DNA of 64,000 nucleotides from Octopus vulgaris (GCA_951406725.2 OX597838.1:20460001-20524000), one strand, 5' to 3'; positions 27,050 to 44,889 are shown, counted from the stretch's first letter. Notes: generated by a model from the sequence alone, not told the origin. Numbers and translations: made by a program.

Positions 27050-27370
27050 TCGTACTTTTCACGCAGCCTCTAGCGGACGAACTTAGCAACGTTATCGTGC
27101 CTCCTTTTGTAGTGCTTTTCGGCCAGTTTGCTACACTCACAATATGTGAGATTGTCTCGTGTCTGCTGCCACGCATCCTGAAAAGGGGTTATTCGATACT
27201 CTTATTTATTTGGAACTTGGTGTAATTAGTTCTCAGAGCTTGTTCTCGGGCGCTGCATATCAATGCCTCAGTGCATCCTTTCCGATTACTTTTTCTTAGC
27301 CATCTCCAAGTGTTGATCTTGTCTTTTCCTTCGATTTCGCTGAGGTATTGCCCATGCAGTGGTTTCATTA
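27050..27370 (-). mobile_element. Non-LTR element fragment (RLE-type zinc-knuckle region)
   Basis: LHGQY, ETISHIVS and RRHDNV remnants. Confidence 0.55.
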
Positions 27371-27389
27371 TTATTATTTAGAAATTTAT

Positions 27390-28010
27390 AGAGGATTAGT
27401 GGCGGGGAAGTGCAACGACTTTATCGGGGAGACTCTGTGCGCCGATGAGAATGAACTGGCTAGTCTGTTCCGAAGGACTTTCCGGTCGGGAACTATCATG
27501 GATAATTTCCAGCTGTCCTTGGCCTGAAAGTGCTATCGGGGGGCGCTGCTGGTTCGAGACTAGCTCTACAGGCACGGATACGTTGTTAGACGGACTTGTC
27601 CGAGGTGCAAGCAGAGTGACGAAACCGTTCTGCACGCCATCGTTCAGTGTCCGGGCATTGCTGACTTGTGAGGTTACGTTGAACAGCTGCTATCACGTGT
27701 GGGACGGATCCGTCTGTCGGCCGAGTCTGTAGTGATGACTGCACCGCCGCCATCCTTCAATCAGGCAAGCAAGGCAGTTTCCTTTTGCCTGGTGGCTGTG
27801 GCGAAAGAGGTTGTTTGGTGGACAAGGCCGAAAAGCATGAGTATACACACGTTCCTCTTTGGTTGAGTTCTCATTAACTTTTCCAAGTTTCACTTGAAAA
27901 GAAAATTGAGAGTGGTTAGGTAAGTGCTGTCCTCGAGTGAATTTATCGAAAGGTGGGTGAAAGTTGCGAAAATGGCAAGAGTGGATGGTATCTCTCTAAG
28001 TGTAGAGCTG
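27390..28010 (+). mobile_element. L1/Tx1-like LINE 3' fragment
   Basis: CPRCKQSDETVLHAIVQC zinc knuckle; GC-richer than the flanks. Confidence 0.7.
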
Positions 28011-28861
28011 TGAGTCGGAGAGAAGGAATAAGAGAGGGGATTTTCTCATAGGGTTTCAGGGAAATCTCGGACAGTGGGGCTCCTCGATTATTCTTAGAGG
28101 CGTTCCTGTATCAGGAGGGTCACATTTCTATCATCCTCCCACCCCATACCATGTATGCTTACTTTTTTTGTTTCTTTTCATTTCATTATTATATGTAAAC
28201 CACCACACTGTGTGTCTGCCTCTGTATTGTTCCCTACCCCCATCCTTCGCCCTTGTGGCAAATAAATGAAATCATCATCCTTATCACCACCGCCACCACC
28301 ACCACCACCACCACCACCGCCGCCACCACCACCACCACTACCACCATCATTATTATTATTTTGTTCTTGTTGTTGTTGTATCAAAACTCACAGCTTATAT
28401 TGCTGGGTATGATGGAAAGTGTCAGCTGTCCACAGCCAGCAGATTAAGGTGACACTTGTTTACTAGTTATGCTCCAAGAACACTGCGAAGAATTCTTGCA
28501 ATTTCAAGCCATGCTGATTTTTGTAGGTGTTCTACCTTCACACTTGCACCGATCTTTTTCAGCCATGTTGGTAGCTAAGTGCTGATACTTCCAAGTGCAC
28601 CAATCACTATTGGTATCACGTCTACTCTCTTCATTGACCACAACCTTCGTATTTCCCACATCAAATCGTCATAGTTATTTATTTTTTCTTCTCTCTTCAC
28701 ATTGATCCTGTTGTCACCTCATGCTATGTCGATTATCATGTTTGTAATAATAATTATAAGGAAAAGTAATATTTCTGATTAACAAATTGAGCTTACTTAT
28801 TTGGAAATTTGACGCCAGGGCGAGACAAGTTAATTGATGAGAAATATAGTTTTATCAAATA

Positions 28862-29252
28862 CTAGCAGTATCGCCCGGCGTTGCTCGGGTTTGCTTCGAT
28901 CCCTTAGAATTGGGATTTTTGAAAAGTAAAAATTTTGCATTATGTAGCTTGTTATTCTCTTTAAGTGAACATTTTCTGGTTGAAATACACCGAAAAATGG
29001 CGACACAGCAGTCAAAAAATCGTGAAAAATAGGGATTTTCATAGAAAAAAAGCACCTTTTTGATGTAAATAATTTTTGGTGTTAACACGGTCCGATTTGA
29101 GTTTTTTGTTCTACGGAATGAAGAGCAAGCCTTCTTTTATCATGCTCTCAATTTTGGTCAACTTGCGCCGCAGGGTCTCGGAGGAGATAGTGTTAGTTGA
29201 AGGCTACCAAACCTGCCACACACAGACAACTTCAGCTTTATATATAGAGAGA
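28862..29252 (-). mobile_element. Helitron-like element at the equivalent position in the 3' flank of C
   Basis: Reverse complement of 42779-43166 with the same flanks. Confidence 0.7.
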
Positions 29253-29478
29253 TTTCTTTAAAACGAGTTGCAAACGATAGACACATGAAAAGAATAAGAC
29301 TTCACTACTAAATTATGAAGCAAACTTAAACAAGATGAAATAGGCGAAAACCCTCATGTAACATTGTAACAACAACGACCAGATAAATTATTTTATATCT
29401 TTATTAATTTGTTAATTCATTGTGAATAATATTTTAGTGACACTCCTTTATAAACAGAAATTTTCATTAAAGTACTTT

Positions 29479-33391
<3,913 letters not shown>

Positions 33392-33430
33392 GGTGATTCT
33401 AGATATTCAGTTATCTGTGTAGAATAATTC

Positions 33431-33510
33431 AACTGATGCTAGAGTTATGAATCGTGTGGTATTTATAGGTAAGTATCATTAGGAAAACGTCTTTGAGGAA
33501 AGAACAGCTG
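33431..33510 (-). promoter_or_regulatory. Core promoter of copy C
   Basis: CAGCTG 33505-33510, TATA 33460-33467, Inr 33431-33436. Confidence 0.75.
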
Positions 33511-33928
33511 TAATTATTCATCAATGTTCGAACAATAAGACAAAGAACAACCGAGAATGTTTTAATGTAAAGTAATTTATGTTATGATATGAAATATATA
33601 ATCAATACGATTTTATATTATGTCACTAAAGTGCTGTTCTAATTTCTATTGAACGAGTAATGTCATCTTTTGAGGTGTATTGTAATATCTTAAATTAATA
33701 CATCTTCAAAATAGCTCCCATATTTCTATATGTACGTGAAATAAAAAAAAGGCAATTACCTTTTGTGTGATAGGATATATTTTATTATGTTGACCACTCA
33801 AATGATTACTATTGAAGATTGATCCACCTGAATATGATTGCATCACCTGTCATTTTGAAACGATGAATCTGTTTATATTATTGTTGTATAGTTATTCTTG
33901 CTTAAAAATATTTCCTGTTAATAAACGC

Positions 33929-34155
33929 AAATATGTTAGGATTAGTGCCTCCATCTTGATTGTCACAGTCACAACGTTTCGGCTGTATTGTCCTTCAGTC
34001 TGTTTAGGTTTCCGTTGCATTCCGTATTCAATACGGAATATATCGCAAATATGTTAGGATTAGTGCCTCCATCTTGATTGTTTTAGTCACAACGTTTCGG
34101 CTGTATTGTCCTTCAGTCTGTTTAGGTTTCCGTTGCATTCCGTATTCAATACGAA
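33929..34155. repeat. ~118-bp tandem duplication upstream of copy C
   Basis: CAAATATGTTAGGATTAGTGCC...CCGTATTCAATACG occurs twice. Confidence 0.8.
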
Positions 34156-35656
34156 ATATATGTTTCGAAGCGAATCTTTTATTAAATCCATGCCTGCACT
34201 TTGTATTTATTTCGATATCCATATTGGGACTACTCTCCCATTTGTAAGTGTTTTTACATGTGATATCCCTAGCATGGATCTTTCAGACAAGTAACAACAC
34301 TTGAAAGTGCAGTGGATTAACCAGTGCATACGCTGTTATGTGATAGCTTCATTCATTGTCCTAGGTTAGCGATGAATACCATATAGAAACATTTGTTTTA
34401 GAAAGACTTAAGCGCTGTAATTTCCATTGGTTAACAATCTCACAAAACAATAAGACAGGTTATAAGCGTTGATCAAATTCAAGTGTGGTATTATAATCAA
34501 TTGGCCAAGGAATTCACTCGTTGTGTCGCTCAAGCACTCTATAGTCCAGTTGAAACAGAAAGAGAAAGCGACTCCACAATTAGGAGAATACTAAGAGGAG
34601 AAGATCTCAAATAGGGACAACAGAATGTAAACAATCTTGCCCCTTTGGGTGTAATAAAGGGTTCAGCTCAATATTCCAATTACGTTACGAAATACAACAA
34701 GCCCCTGGAAAAAGTTTGAAGGGTCCGACATTGTGACTGTAATCACAATGAGGTGGACAATAGATCGATCATATCATTCTATGATAATGATATTTCTCAT
34801 CTCAGAAATTCCTTAAAATTCCTTAATTTTAGCAGAATTATAGATTCTATTACATTTATATATAGGTACCCAAATATTTCCGGTTTAGACGGTTATTACC
34901 TTGTGATTCCGTTTTAAAATTAATGTGCACGTCTTTGTTTAATTAGCAAGTTTTATTGTTAATACTAAATTATACTTTTTCACCAATTTGCTTTTTCTGT
35001 CATGCTATTGATATGAAGAAATCTTGACTTTCGTATTTTGCCTATTACTATCTAATGGAGTAGGTATTTCCTATAACATGGACAAAAAAATTTTTTCTTA
35101 AGAAAATACGTATGAGTTTCTGTTCGAAACTTGTATTTTGTATTGAAGATTACGGAATGCAACAGAAACCCAAAATACCGATGGACAAAACGGCCAAAAA
35201 GTTGTGACTATTACAACGAAGATGAGGACATTAGTCTCGACATATCTGCATTTATTAATTAACAGGAAATATTTTAAAGTAAGAACTCACTATACAACAT
35301 TAATACAAACTGATCCATCATTTAAAAATAATTGGTGAAGAAATAATATTCAGGGGGATCATTCTTCAAGAGAAATCATTCGAGTGGTCAACGCAATAAA
35401 ATATATCTTATCAGACAAATGGTAATTGTTTCTTATGTACATTTAAAGACATGGGAACTACTTTGAAGATGTATTAATTTAAGATATTATAATACACCTC
35501 GAAAGATTACAATACTCATTCAATAGAAATTAGAACAATTTAGTGAGATAGCGTAAAATTTATTGATTATATATCACACGATATCATAAATTACTCAACA
35601 TAAAAGACATTTTCTCTTGTTGTTTGTTTTATTGTTCAAACATTGACGAATAATTA

Positions 35657-35732
35657 CAGCTGTTTCTTCCTCAAACACGTTTTCATAATGATACTTACCT
35701 ACACATACCACACAACCATTCAAGCATCAGCT
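35657..35732 (+). promoter_or_regulatory. Degenerate core promoter of copy D
   Basis: E-box is retained. The TATA-equivalent reads TACACATA (35700-35707) and the Inr-equivalent reads TCAGCT. Confidence 0.55.
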
Positions 35733-35774
35733 GAATTATTATTGTACACTAATAACTGAACACGTAGGATTACC

Positions 35775-36869
35775 ATGTTGTCTCTCTATTGTCTACTTGT
35801 TACGGTTGCTTCAGTTTTTGCCGGTAAGTCCTGTTTTTCCTCTAGCGGGGTTACGGTTTCGAATATTTCGAAGCTGGGGGTTGATACCGGCCATTTTACC
35901 GACACCAATTTTCTTACCCGTATCAGTAAATTCAGGACGCCATTATAGATCGTTAGCTCCTACACGCATTTTTTTCTCTCCTTATTTCTCTCCTTGTTTT
36001 TTTTTTCTGTGTATCTTTCTGTCGAAGAGCGTAGGCTCGAAACGTAAAAGACTTTTTCTATTTCTATTCCTGAGCGCTATACTAATACATTTGTTTGTTT
36101 GTACTCCACCTGCCTTCGTCTTTTGTTTATTTTCGTAAACTTTCTCAGTAAATTCTACATACATATCTAATGCAATAAAAATTTCATACTATTAATTCAT
36201 GAAACCTACTAAATTACGACCACTTAAAATATAGCAATAAATATATTGCAGGCATTGAAGAATGGTTTATCTAGAAATATATATTCATTTCGTTTTGTGA
36301 TTTTCTTTCAGCACCTAGAAGACGCGTCGGCGGCGGATCTCCAGCACATAACTGCGAATTTCCTTCCATTGTCCACCTCCAAATATTTGATCACCTTTCA
36401 GATAACAAGATTAGCTTATGTGGAGGCATTCTGATTGATTCTACACACGTACTGACAGCAACTCACTGCGTGTAAGTACATACATTGCAAATTGAAGTTT
36501 TCACATCTTTATATTACATTACTTGGTGTTAAAGAAGAAAGTTTAGTTTCCGTGCTTTATAATATAGAGTTTGAAAAGAATTTGTTAATGTAAATAGCAA
36601 CATATAAACTAACTAGCTTTAATATCAGGCTAAAATTTGCATCGATTTTTATTTTCAACAGTTTTAGAATATACTCTTTTACTCTTTTACTTGTTTCAAT
36701 CATTTTACAGCGGCCATGCTGGAGCACCGCCTTTAGTCGAGCAAATCGACCCCCAGGACTTATTCTTTGGAAGCCTAGTACTTATTCTGTCGGTTCTCTT
36801 TTTGCCGAACCGCTAAGTAACGGAGACGTAAACACACCAGCATCGGTTGTCAAGCGATGTTGTGGGGAT

Positions 36870-36925
<56 letters not shown>

Positions 36926-39900
36926 GCACGCATATATATATATAAATACATATACACGACGGGTTTCTTTCAGTTTCCGCCTACCAAATCTACTCACAAC
37001 GCTTTGGTCGGTCCGAAGCTATAGTAGAAGACACTTGCCCAAGGTGCCACGCAGTGGGACTGAACCCGGAACCATGTGGTTGGTAAGCAAGCTACTTTAT
37101 TTCGTTTTATTTGCCGCCGACTGGATTTTTTGCGAAAACATATTTTCTTTTTTTTTTTTTTTTAAATTAATGTGAGGTTTCAAACCTCTTACAAGAAGGA
37201 GGCACTAAAACCTCTTACTTAACATGTTTTTTAAGAAAGTTTCCAAAAAAGGGTTCAACACAAAGTTCAGAAAAGTTCAATAAAAACACAAAAAAGAACA
37301 GAAAGAGGGAGCAGAGGATAAAGAACGAAGGAAGTTCAATTCACGGCAACACAATTCGGCCACTCCGGCAATCCACAAGAATACAGGTACTCCAGTCGCA
37401 ACGCAAAAATTAATTCTTCCTGCCTTCGTACTCCTTGCCTGTGGTAAATCCAATGGAACTTCCTGGGCACGAACACAGTAACGCAAAGACAATTTTCACA
37501 ACCAAACAAATTTCTGCGGAGGGGATACGCCTCCTCAAAAACACAATTCTCACTGCAAAGTGAGTCTTTTCGCACGACCACAGGAAGGTAAATGTCTGAA
37601 GCAGAGTGGAGACTGTTGCTCAACAAAAATTATTAAATATAGAGCAACAAACTCCACTAAGCCCCCCCCCTCAATAAAACAAACGCCTACCTGTAGTCGA
37701 GCTTCAAACGTTCAATATTTCACGTCGAAAGACGTAACTTCCAAGCAGCACGAACTCTCCTGTAGTAAGGTAAGAAAGCTACTTACCACACAACCACTCG
37801 ACTTTCACCATAAACAAGTGCGAATATTTAGATAAAGACTAGCAGTATCGCCCGGCGTTGCTCGGGTTTGTAAGGGAAATAACTATATAAGCATTTTTAG
37901 AGAGTTATAGCCAAAAAATAGCAAAAAAATGCATTAAAAATGGAAAAAAAATTAAGGTAAATTTTTTTTTTAATCGTTGACACATCGTAGATATTTTTAG
38001 AGAGTTACTTCCCTTATATAATAGCGAAAAAATATGATGGTAAATTTTTTAAAAATCGTAGACTCATCGTAGACGCGCGCTAATACCCAGAAGGGCTCGA
38101 TATGAATCACGACTATAAGATACCCGCTTTTGGTTAAACTGCACCGCAAAATGTGGGAGTAGTTAGGAATCTAAATCGTAGGAGACAGACACACAACTTC
38201 ACTTTTATATATAAAGATATAAGCCACGTAGTTATATACACATACTTTGTTATATACACATTCTTAAAAGAAAATGTTATTTTGAACACAACATTTATAA
38301 AGAATAAAATATTTTTTGGTTTTTCTTTTAAACGGATGCATACATTTATTAATAACTACATATAAGTGCCGTCTGTTTATACATAAACACTGTTTCATAC
38401 TGCAATTATATATACATATATCTATATATAATATTATATAATAAAATATATACAGAATATGTGTATATATTTATGTATGTATAAATATATACTGAAAGAA
38501 GCTCGGCTCGCCAATTAATACTACCAAAATTTAACGACAGAAAGTAAATTAAAAACCAATTTACCTTTTCTGTATTGTTATGGCAATTCGACCGTCGGTG
38601 TGCTTTTGCAAATGTGTTCGAATGGGAAGCGAGTTGTGCTTGGCGCCTTTTTTACAAATAACAAACACACACGTGTCTGTATGTGTGTATGTATGTATGT
38701 GTGTATGTAGTTGTTTGAAACGTTTGTGTTAGTCACTGTCATATATGTATGTGGCTGCGCTTGTGTGTGTGTGTGTGTGCGTGCTTTAGGTGTACGTAGG
38801 TATGTGTTTTTGTGTGTGTGTCACTGAAGCCATACATACATATATACATACATAACCTCTCTCTCTCTTTTCTCTCTCAGTCACTCACTACAAAAAGTGA
38901 ATTACTTTCACTTTAATCGTTGCACACTTGCAAAGAGAAAGGAGGAGAAATTAGGGTGATAGCGTCAGTGAAGCAGATCGTTCCGTTTTTGTGTGTGTGC
39001 GTGTGCGTGTGCTGTAGCCCACACTAAGAAAAGCACTTGACTTACACACCACAATGTGAGTTTTCTCTAAATTTTGCTTAATTGGGGTTGAAATTTTAAA
39101 AACCGGACCTGGCACGACCCGATTTATTCTACTCTTAAAAATGCTAGGTAAATTGTAATTGAAGAAATCCTATATTGTAGATTTCTATAAGAGACAAAGG
39201 GAGGCAGATAAAATCTGCCTTTTATAATAAGAGATATATATAATTTTCAACTTGAAAATATATTGAGTCGAATGAATGCAACCTTTCAGTCCCTGAACAT
39301 TTTTTCATTTGTTGAGTACATTTGTTGAGTACAATTTACTTTCTATGTGCTTCATATCATTCAGACCAACACCGCCTATACAAATATATTTTGATAACAC
39401 ACACAATCCGATTTGCAACATTTAAAATGAATATCAACGTTTAAGAATAACAGAGCAATATAAGAGAATTCTGTTACAATACTTTAATGAATGGTCAAAT
39501 ACTTTAATATCTAAGAGGACAGTTTCAAGTATATTACGGTATAAAATTACTGTCTGTTAAAGATCTGCCATATTTGATTTGATTTTAGCAAAGCAAATGT
39601 CAGAAAGGTTAAAGTAAATATTGGTTCCAACAACAAATGGAGTCTTGGTTCTCAGTCAACAACTGCAAGTAGAATTCTGAAACATGTTGGATACGTACAT
39701 ACTCCATACCTGATTAGTGAGTATTACAATTATCACGTTTTCAGATATTTTCTTGTAAATTCTCTCTTCATCAATCAATATCGGTGTTTCATCAATTGCA
39801 ATCTCGTGTCAATATACGATAACTATTATTTGGTGTTTTCAGTTCAGTGTTTCTGTAATAAACGTTTAAAAGCCGACATTTTTTCTTTCTTGCTCATCAC

Positions 39901-41340
39901 ATTTTGCATTATCCAAACATTCAAGATATACTCATCAGACCTGAAGTGGAGGCACATGGCCTAGTGGTTAGAGCAGCGGACTTGCGGTCGAGGAATTGCG
40001 GGTTCGAATCCCAGACTGGGCGATGTGTGTGTTTATGAGCGAAACACTTAGCCCCACGCGGCTCTGGCAGAAGGGTATGGCGAACTTCTGCTGATTCTTT
40101 CGCCACAACTTTCTCTCACTCTTTCCTCCTGCATATTGCAGCTCACCTGCGACGGACCGGCGTCCCGTCCAGGTGGGAAACATATACGCCAAGGAAACCG
40201 GGAAACCTGCCCTTATGAGCCAGGCATAATTTGAACTCAGAACGTAGCGACGGGTGAAATACCGCGAAGCACTTCGCCCGGCGTGCTAACGTCTTTGCCA
40301 CTCTCTCTCTCTCTCTCTCTCTCTCGCTCTCTCTTTCCCCACTCTCTCTTTTACTATACAGTAAAGACCTAATTCGGCCACTAACGATCATGGGATTGCA
40401 GCGAGTAAGTTCCCTTCCAAGGCGTAAGTCCAAGCAAGGTTGTTTGTGGAAGACCAACAGTCACCCATGCATAACATTCTCGTCTCTCCCAGCCACCGAT
40501 GTTGTCCAAGCGACAGGCAAAACCAGTAGAACTTGGCACTCGTGAAGTCGCAACTCAATTCTACAGCAGCGCGGACTGCAGCAATGCTCAAGAATGCAAC
40601 ACACAGCCCGTTCCGGGAATCAAACTCCCAACCTCCAGATTGTAAGCATAACGCTCTAATCACTGAGCCATGCGCCTTCACTCCTCCCACTACATACATA
40701 CATACATACATACATACAAAAATACCCTGTTGTTGACGATGAAGTTCCAATGAAGGAGCCTTGAAGCTAGGTTAGAAACCGGCTCTTTCTCTATTGGCAA
40801 GAAATCTTGAAATAAAACTGAACAATGACACAGACATACATACATGCATACATACATATGTTATTTATGGCTATCATATAAACTTATTTCTATATTCCAC
40901 GATTGTCAGTATATACCTCATACATATCTGTATCTACTATTGAAACATACAGGCGTAGGAGTGGCTGCGTGGTAAGTAGCTTGCTTACCAACCACATGGT
41001 TCCGGGTTCAGTCCCACTGCGTGGCACCTTGGGCAAGTGTCTTCTACTATAGCCTCGGGCCGATCAAAGCCTTGTGAGTGGATTTGGTAGACGGAAACTG
41101 AAAGAAGCCCGTCATATATATGTATAAATATATATATTTATGTATGTGTATATATTTGTGTGTCTGTGTTTGTCTCCCCAACAACATCGCTTGACAACTG
41201 ATGCTGGTGTGTTTACGTCCCCGTAACTTAGCAGTTCGGCAAAAAACACCGATGGAATAAGTTCTAGGCTTACAAAGAATAAGGCGGTGCTCCAGCATGG
41301 CCACAGTGAAATGACTGAAACAAGTAAAAGAGTAAAGAGA

Positions 41341-41407
<67 letters not shown>

Positions 41408-42551
41408 TAATTAGTTCATATGCCTGTCTAACATATACGTATGTTTTACCCTCAAAGAGAACGACATTGCCATACTGACTTTGACGCACCAAGTCAATGA
41501 ATCTAGATGTGTCCGCTATGCACAATTGGCCAGAAAAGGAGAAAAATTCGGTACCCGAAGATGTATCGCTGCTGGATGGGGACATTTCAAACGTAAGTAT
41601 CATGAATTTTTCATCAAATGCTCCTATCATATTCTCAATTTAATCATCGTTAATCAACATTAATCATCATTCAACTGTGTTATTTTCAGGTAAAGGAAAA
41701 AGTCCTAACCATTTACATAAAGTGTCTCTTCATGCTATTCCCCATAAAGTATGCAAAAGAAAGTCGAAGATGGAAATTTCTGATGGAGTTCTCTGTGCCG
41801 GAGATTTCAAACGAGGTGGACCATCTACTTGCCAGGTATGTTATATTGATATTATAGGATATCTAACTGATGCATGTCCCCAAATGAAGGCTGTGTGGTA
41901 AGTAGCTTGCTTACCAACAACATGGTTCAGGGTTCAGTCCCACTGCGTGGAACCTTGGGCACGCGTCTTCTACTATAGCCTCAGGCCGACCAAAAGCCTT
42001 GTGAGTAGATTTGGTAGACGGAAACTGAAGGAAGCCCGTCGTATATATGTATTTATATATATTTATATAAATATATATATGTGCGTGTGTGTGTGTGTGT
42101 GTGTGTTTGTCTGCCCAACATCGCTTGACAACCGATGCTGGTGTGTTTACGCCCCCGTCACTTAGCGGTTCGGCAAGAGAAACCGATAGAATAAGTACTA
42201 GACTTACAAAGGATAAGTCCTGGGGGGTTTTTTTTGTTTGGCTAAAGGTGGTGTCAGTCAAATGTCTGCAACAAAACAAAAAAATAAAAGAATAAAAAAG
42301 AATAAATGACGAATTATCTGAAATATTCACTACGGACCTTATTCAGTATCTAATACTTTCAATGAATATAAAGTTATAGTGTTTGTGTTTTTTTTTTTCA
42401 GGGTGACTCTGGTGGCCCACTTTTTTGTCCAAACTCTAAACGTCGAATGGTTTTGGCAGGAGTAACATCCTACGGAAATAAATGTGACAACGAAGCCAGT
42501 GCTTTCAGCGATGTCGGATATTTCCGAGACTGGATCAATAGTAACCTGTAA
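35775..42551 (+). CDS. Divergent, basic (Lys/Arg/His-rich) serine protease paralog, copy D, 255 aa
   Basis: Exons 35775-35823, 36312-36471, 39589-39716, 41458-41592, 41690-41835, 42402-42551. No stops or frameshifts. APRRR/VGGG, TATHC, NDIAIL, GDSGGP. The exon 4 acceptor is AAG rather than CAG. Confidence 0.85.
37098..37768 (-). mobile_element. 5'-truncated poly(A) non-LTR insertion inside a SINE
   Basis: T-tract at ~37148-37163. 16-bp target duplication GGTAAG(C/A)AAGCTACTT at 37082-37097 and 37769-37784. Confidence 0.6.
37839..38217 (-). mobile_element. Helitron-like element in intron 2 of D
   Basis: Same 3' hairpin and CTAG end on the minus strand. Confidence 0.65.
39946..40228 (+). mobile_element. 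tRNA-derived SINE family 3
   Basis: GGAGGCACATGGCCTAGTGGTTAGAGC...GGTTCGAATCC. Copies at 32805-33094 (-) and 61733-62015 (-). Confidence 0.85.
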
Positions 42552-42778
42552 GGAATACTTTAATGAAAATTTCTATTTATAAAGGAATGTCATTAGAGTA
42601 TTATTCACAATGTATTAACAAATTAATAAATATATAAAATAATCTATCTTGGTCGTTGTTGTTACAATGTTACATGAGAATTTTCGCCTATTTCACCGTG
42701 TTCAAGTTTGTTTCATGATTTAGTAGCGGAGTCTTATTCCTTACATATGTCTGTCATTTGTAACTCTTTTTAAAGAAA

Positions 42779-43166
42779 TCTCTATATATATAAAGCTGAA
42801 GTTGTCTGTGTATGGCAGGTTGGTAGCCTTCAACTAACACTATCTCCTCCGAGACCCTGCGGCGCAAGTTGACCAAAATTGAGAGTATGATAGAAGAAGG
42901 CTTGCTCTGCATTCCGTAGAAGAAAAAACTTAAATCGGACCACGTTAACACCAAAAATTATTTACATCAAAAAGGTGCTTTTTTTCTATGAAAATCCCTA
43001 TGTTTTATGATTTTTTGACTGCTGTGTCGCTATTTTTCGGTGTATTTCAACCAGAAAAATGTTCACTTAAAGAGAATAACAAGCTACATAATTCAAAATT
43101 TACTTTCAAAAATTCCAATTCTAAGGGGTCGAAAGAAACCCAAGCAACGCCGGGCGCTACTGCTAG
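42779..43166 (+). mobile_element. Non-autonomous Helitron-like element
   Basis: A|TC...CTAG|T termini, subterminal GC-rich hairpin (CCC.AGCAACGCCGGG), no TSD. Confidence 0.7.
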
Positions 43167-43692
43167 TTTTTGATAAAACTATATTTCTCACCAATTAACT
43201 TGTCTTGCCCTGGAGCCAGATTTCCAAATCTTAGCTCAAGTTGAATGGTCAGCTATCACACCACGAAGATAAAATGTTTGGGTTACTACGAGTCAGTAAC
43301 TGACTATCCAATTTTCTCTGAACGGTAAATGCCAATATATGAATCGAAAACAGCAATCTGTCCATTCCCCTTTAAAATAAGCATACATTACATTATCTGA
43401 CTGAAGAACCAAGCTGTTTAATTGGTCACTAATTTCAATATCTCCACCCTATACTGAATTTTCTTATTTCTTTACTGCCCAGAAGGGGCTACACAGAGGG
43501 GACAAACAAGGACAGACAAACGGATTAAGTCGATTATATCGACCCCAGTGCGTAACTGGTACTTATTTAATCGACACCGAAAGGATGAAAGGCAAAGTCA
43601 ACCACGGCGGAATTTGAACTCAGAACGTAGCGGCAGATGAAATACCGCTAAAACAGGATTTATTCTTTGTAAGCCTAGTATATATATATATA

Positions 43693-44560
43693 TATCTTAT
43701 CTCTTATGATAAAAGGCAGGTTTTCTCTGCCTCCCAAACCGTTTGTTTTTTATACAATTCTACAATATAGAATTTCTTCAATTGGAATTTACCTATCATT
43801 TTTACAAGTAGATTCTATCGGGTCGTGGCATGTAAAGTTTTTTAAATTTCACCCCCAATTAAGTAAAAATTCGAGAAAAGTAAATATTTTACCATTTCCC
43901 TCTTTCATTTAAAGTGCTTCACTCCTACCATTACCACCACACTTTCTGCTACTTTCTCTTTGCAAGTGTGCAACAATTAAAGTGAAACTATTTATATAAC
44001 AGGGATGAACTGCTTCACTCATGCTATCACCCTAATTTCTCCTACTTTCTCTTTGTAAGTGTACCTTAAACCACTACTCAAAAAATAATACACAGCAAAC
44101 AGAAACAAATAAATACATAACGATTTACTCCTCACACAATTTCTTCAATTAGAGTTTACCTATGATTTTTCCAAGTACTTCCATTCAGTCATGGCATACA
44201 AATTTCTTTCAGTTTGACCCCCAATTAAGCAAAAATTCGAGAAAACTCAATATTTTACCATTTCCCTCTTTCACTTCAAAGGCTTTACTCTGCCTATTAC
44301 TCCCACTTCCTCTTTACACACATAGACACGCAAAAATATATATGACAGTGTCAACTGTTGAAAGAAAATTGTAAGACAATTCTACAATATAGAATTTCTT
44401 CAATTGGAATTTACTTATAATTTTTCCAAGTAGATTTCATCGGGTCGTGGCATGTAAAGTTTTTTCAATTTCACCCCCAATTAAGCAAAAATTCGAGAAA
44501 ACTCAATATTTTACGATTTCCCTCTCTCACTTCAAAGGCTATACTCTGCATCAATGACTT
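43693..44560 (+). mobile_element. Helentron/HINE-like repeat with internal triplicated subunit (relative at ~38490-39235, -)
   Basis: Starts TCTCTTATGATAAAAGGCAG...CTGCCTCCC (short subterminal inverted repeat). A ~150-bp unit recurs near 43755, 44135 and 44375. Confidence 0.45.
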
Positions 44561-44858
44561 GAACTTGAATAAGTAGTTTCACATAAATGGGGATAAATTA
44601 AAAAGGTTTGTTGTTAGTATTATTACTGTTTGACTATTGCAATCACGTTTGTTGGTTCCTCGTCAGGGAAACGTTGTTGTGTTGCATTTGTTAAATAATT
44701 GTAAACCGTAACCCTCCCCCTTTCGGAGAAGGGGCTTTGGTTATTGTTTCAAGATTGAATTGTGTCCCTGTTTGGGGAAATTGACAATATTTTCACCGTC
44801 TTTACACATATATATATACACATATATACATACATACATACATACATACATACATACA

Positions 44859-44889
<31 letters not shown>

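Noticed and set aside
28178-28447. Poly-Gly / poly-Thr ORFs
   Set aside because: A (CCA)n microsatellite with no supporting exon structure.
39946-40020. tRNA-like sequence with A and B boxes
   Set aside because: It continues into a SINE body found at three loci, with no closed acceptor stem; a SINE head, not a tRNA gene.
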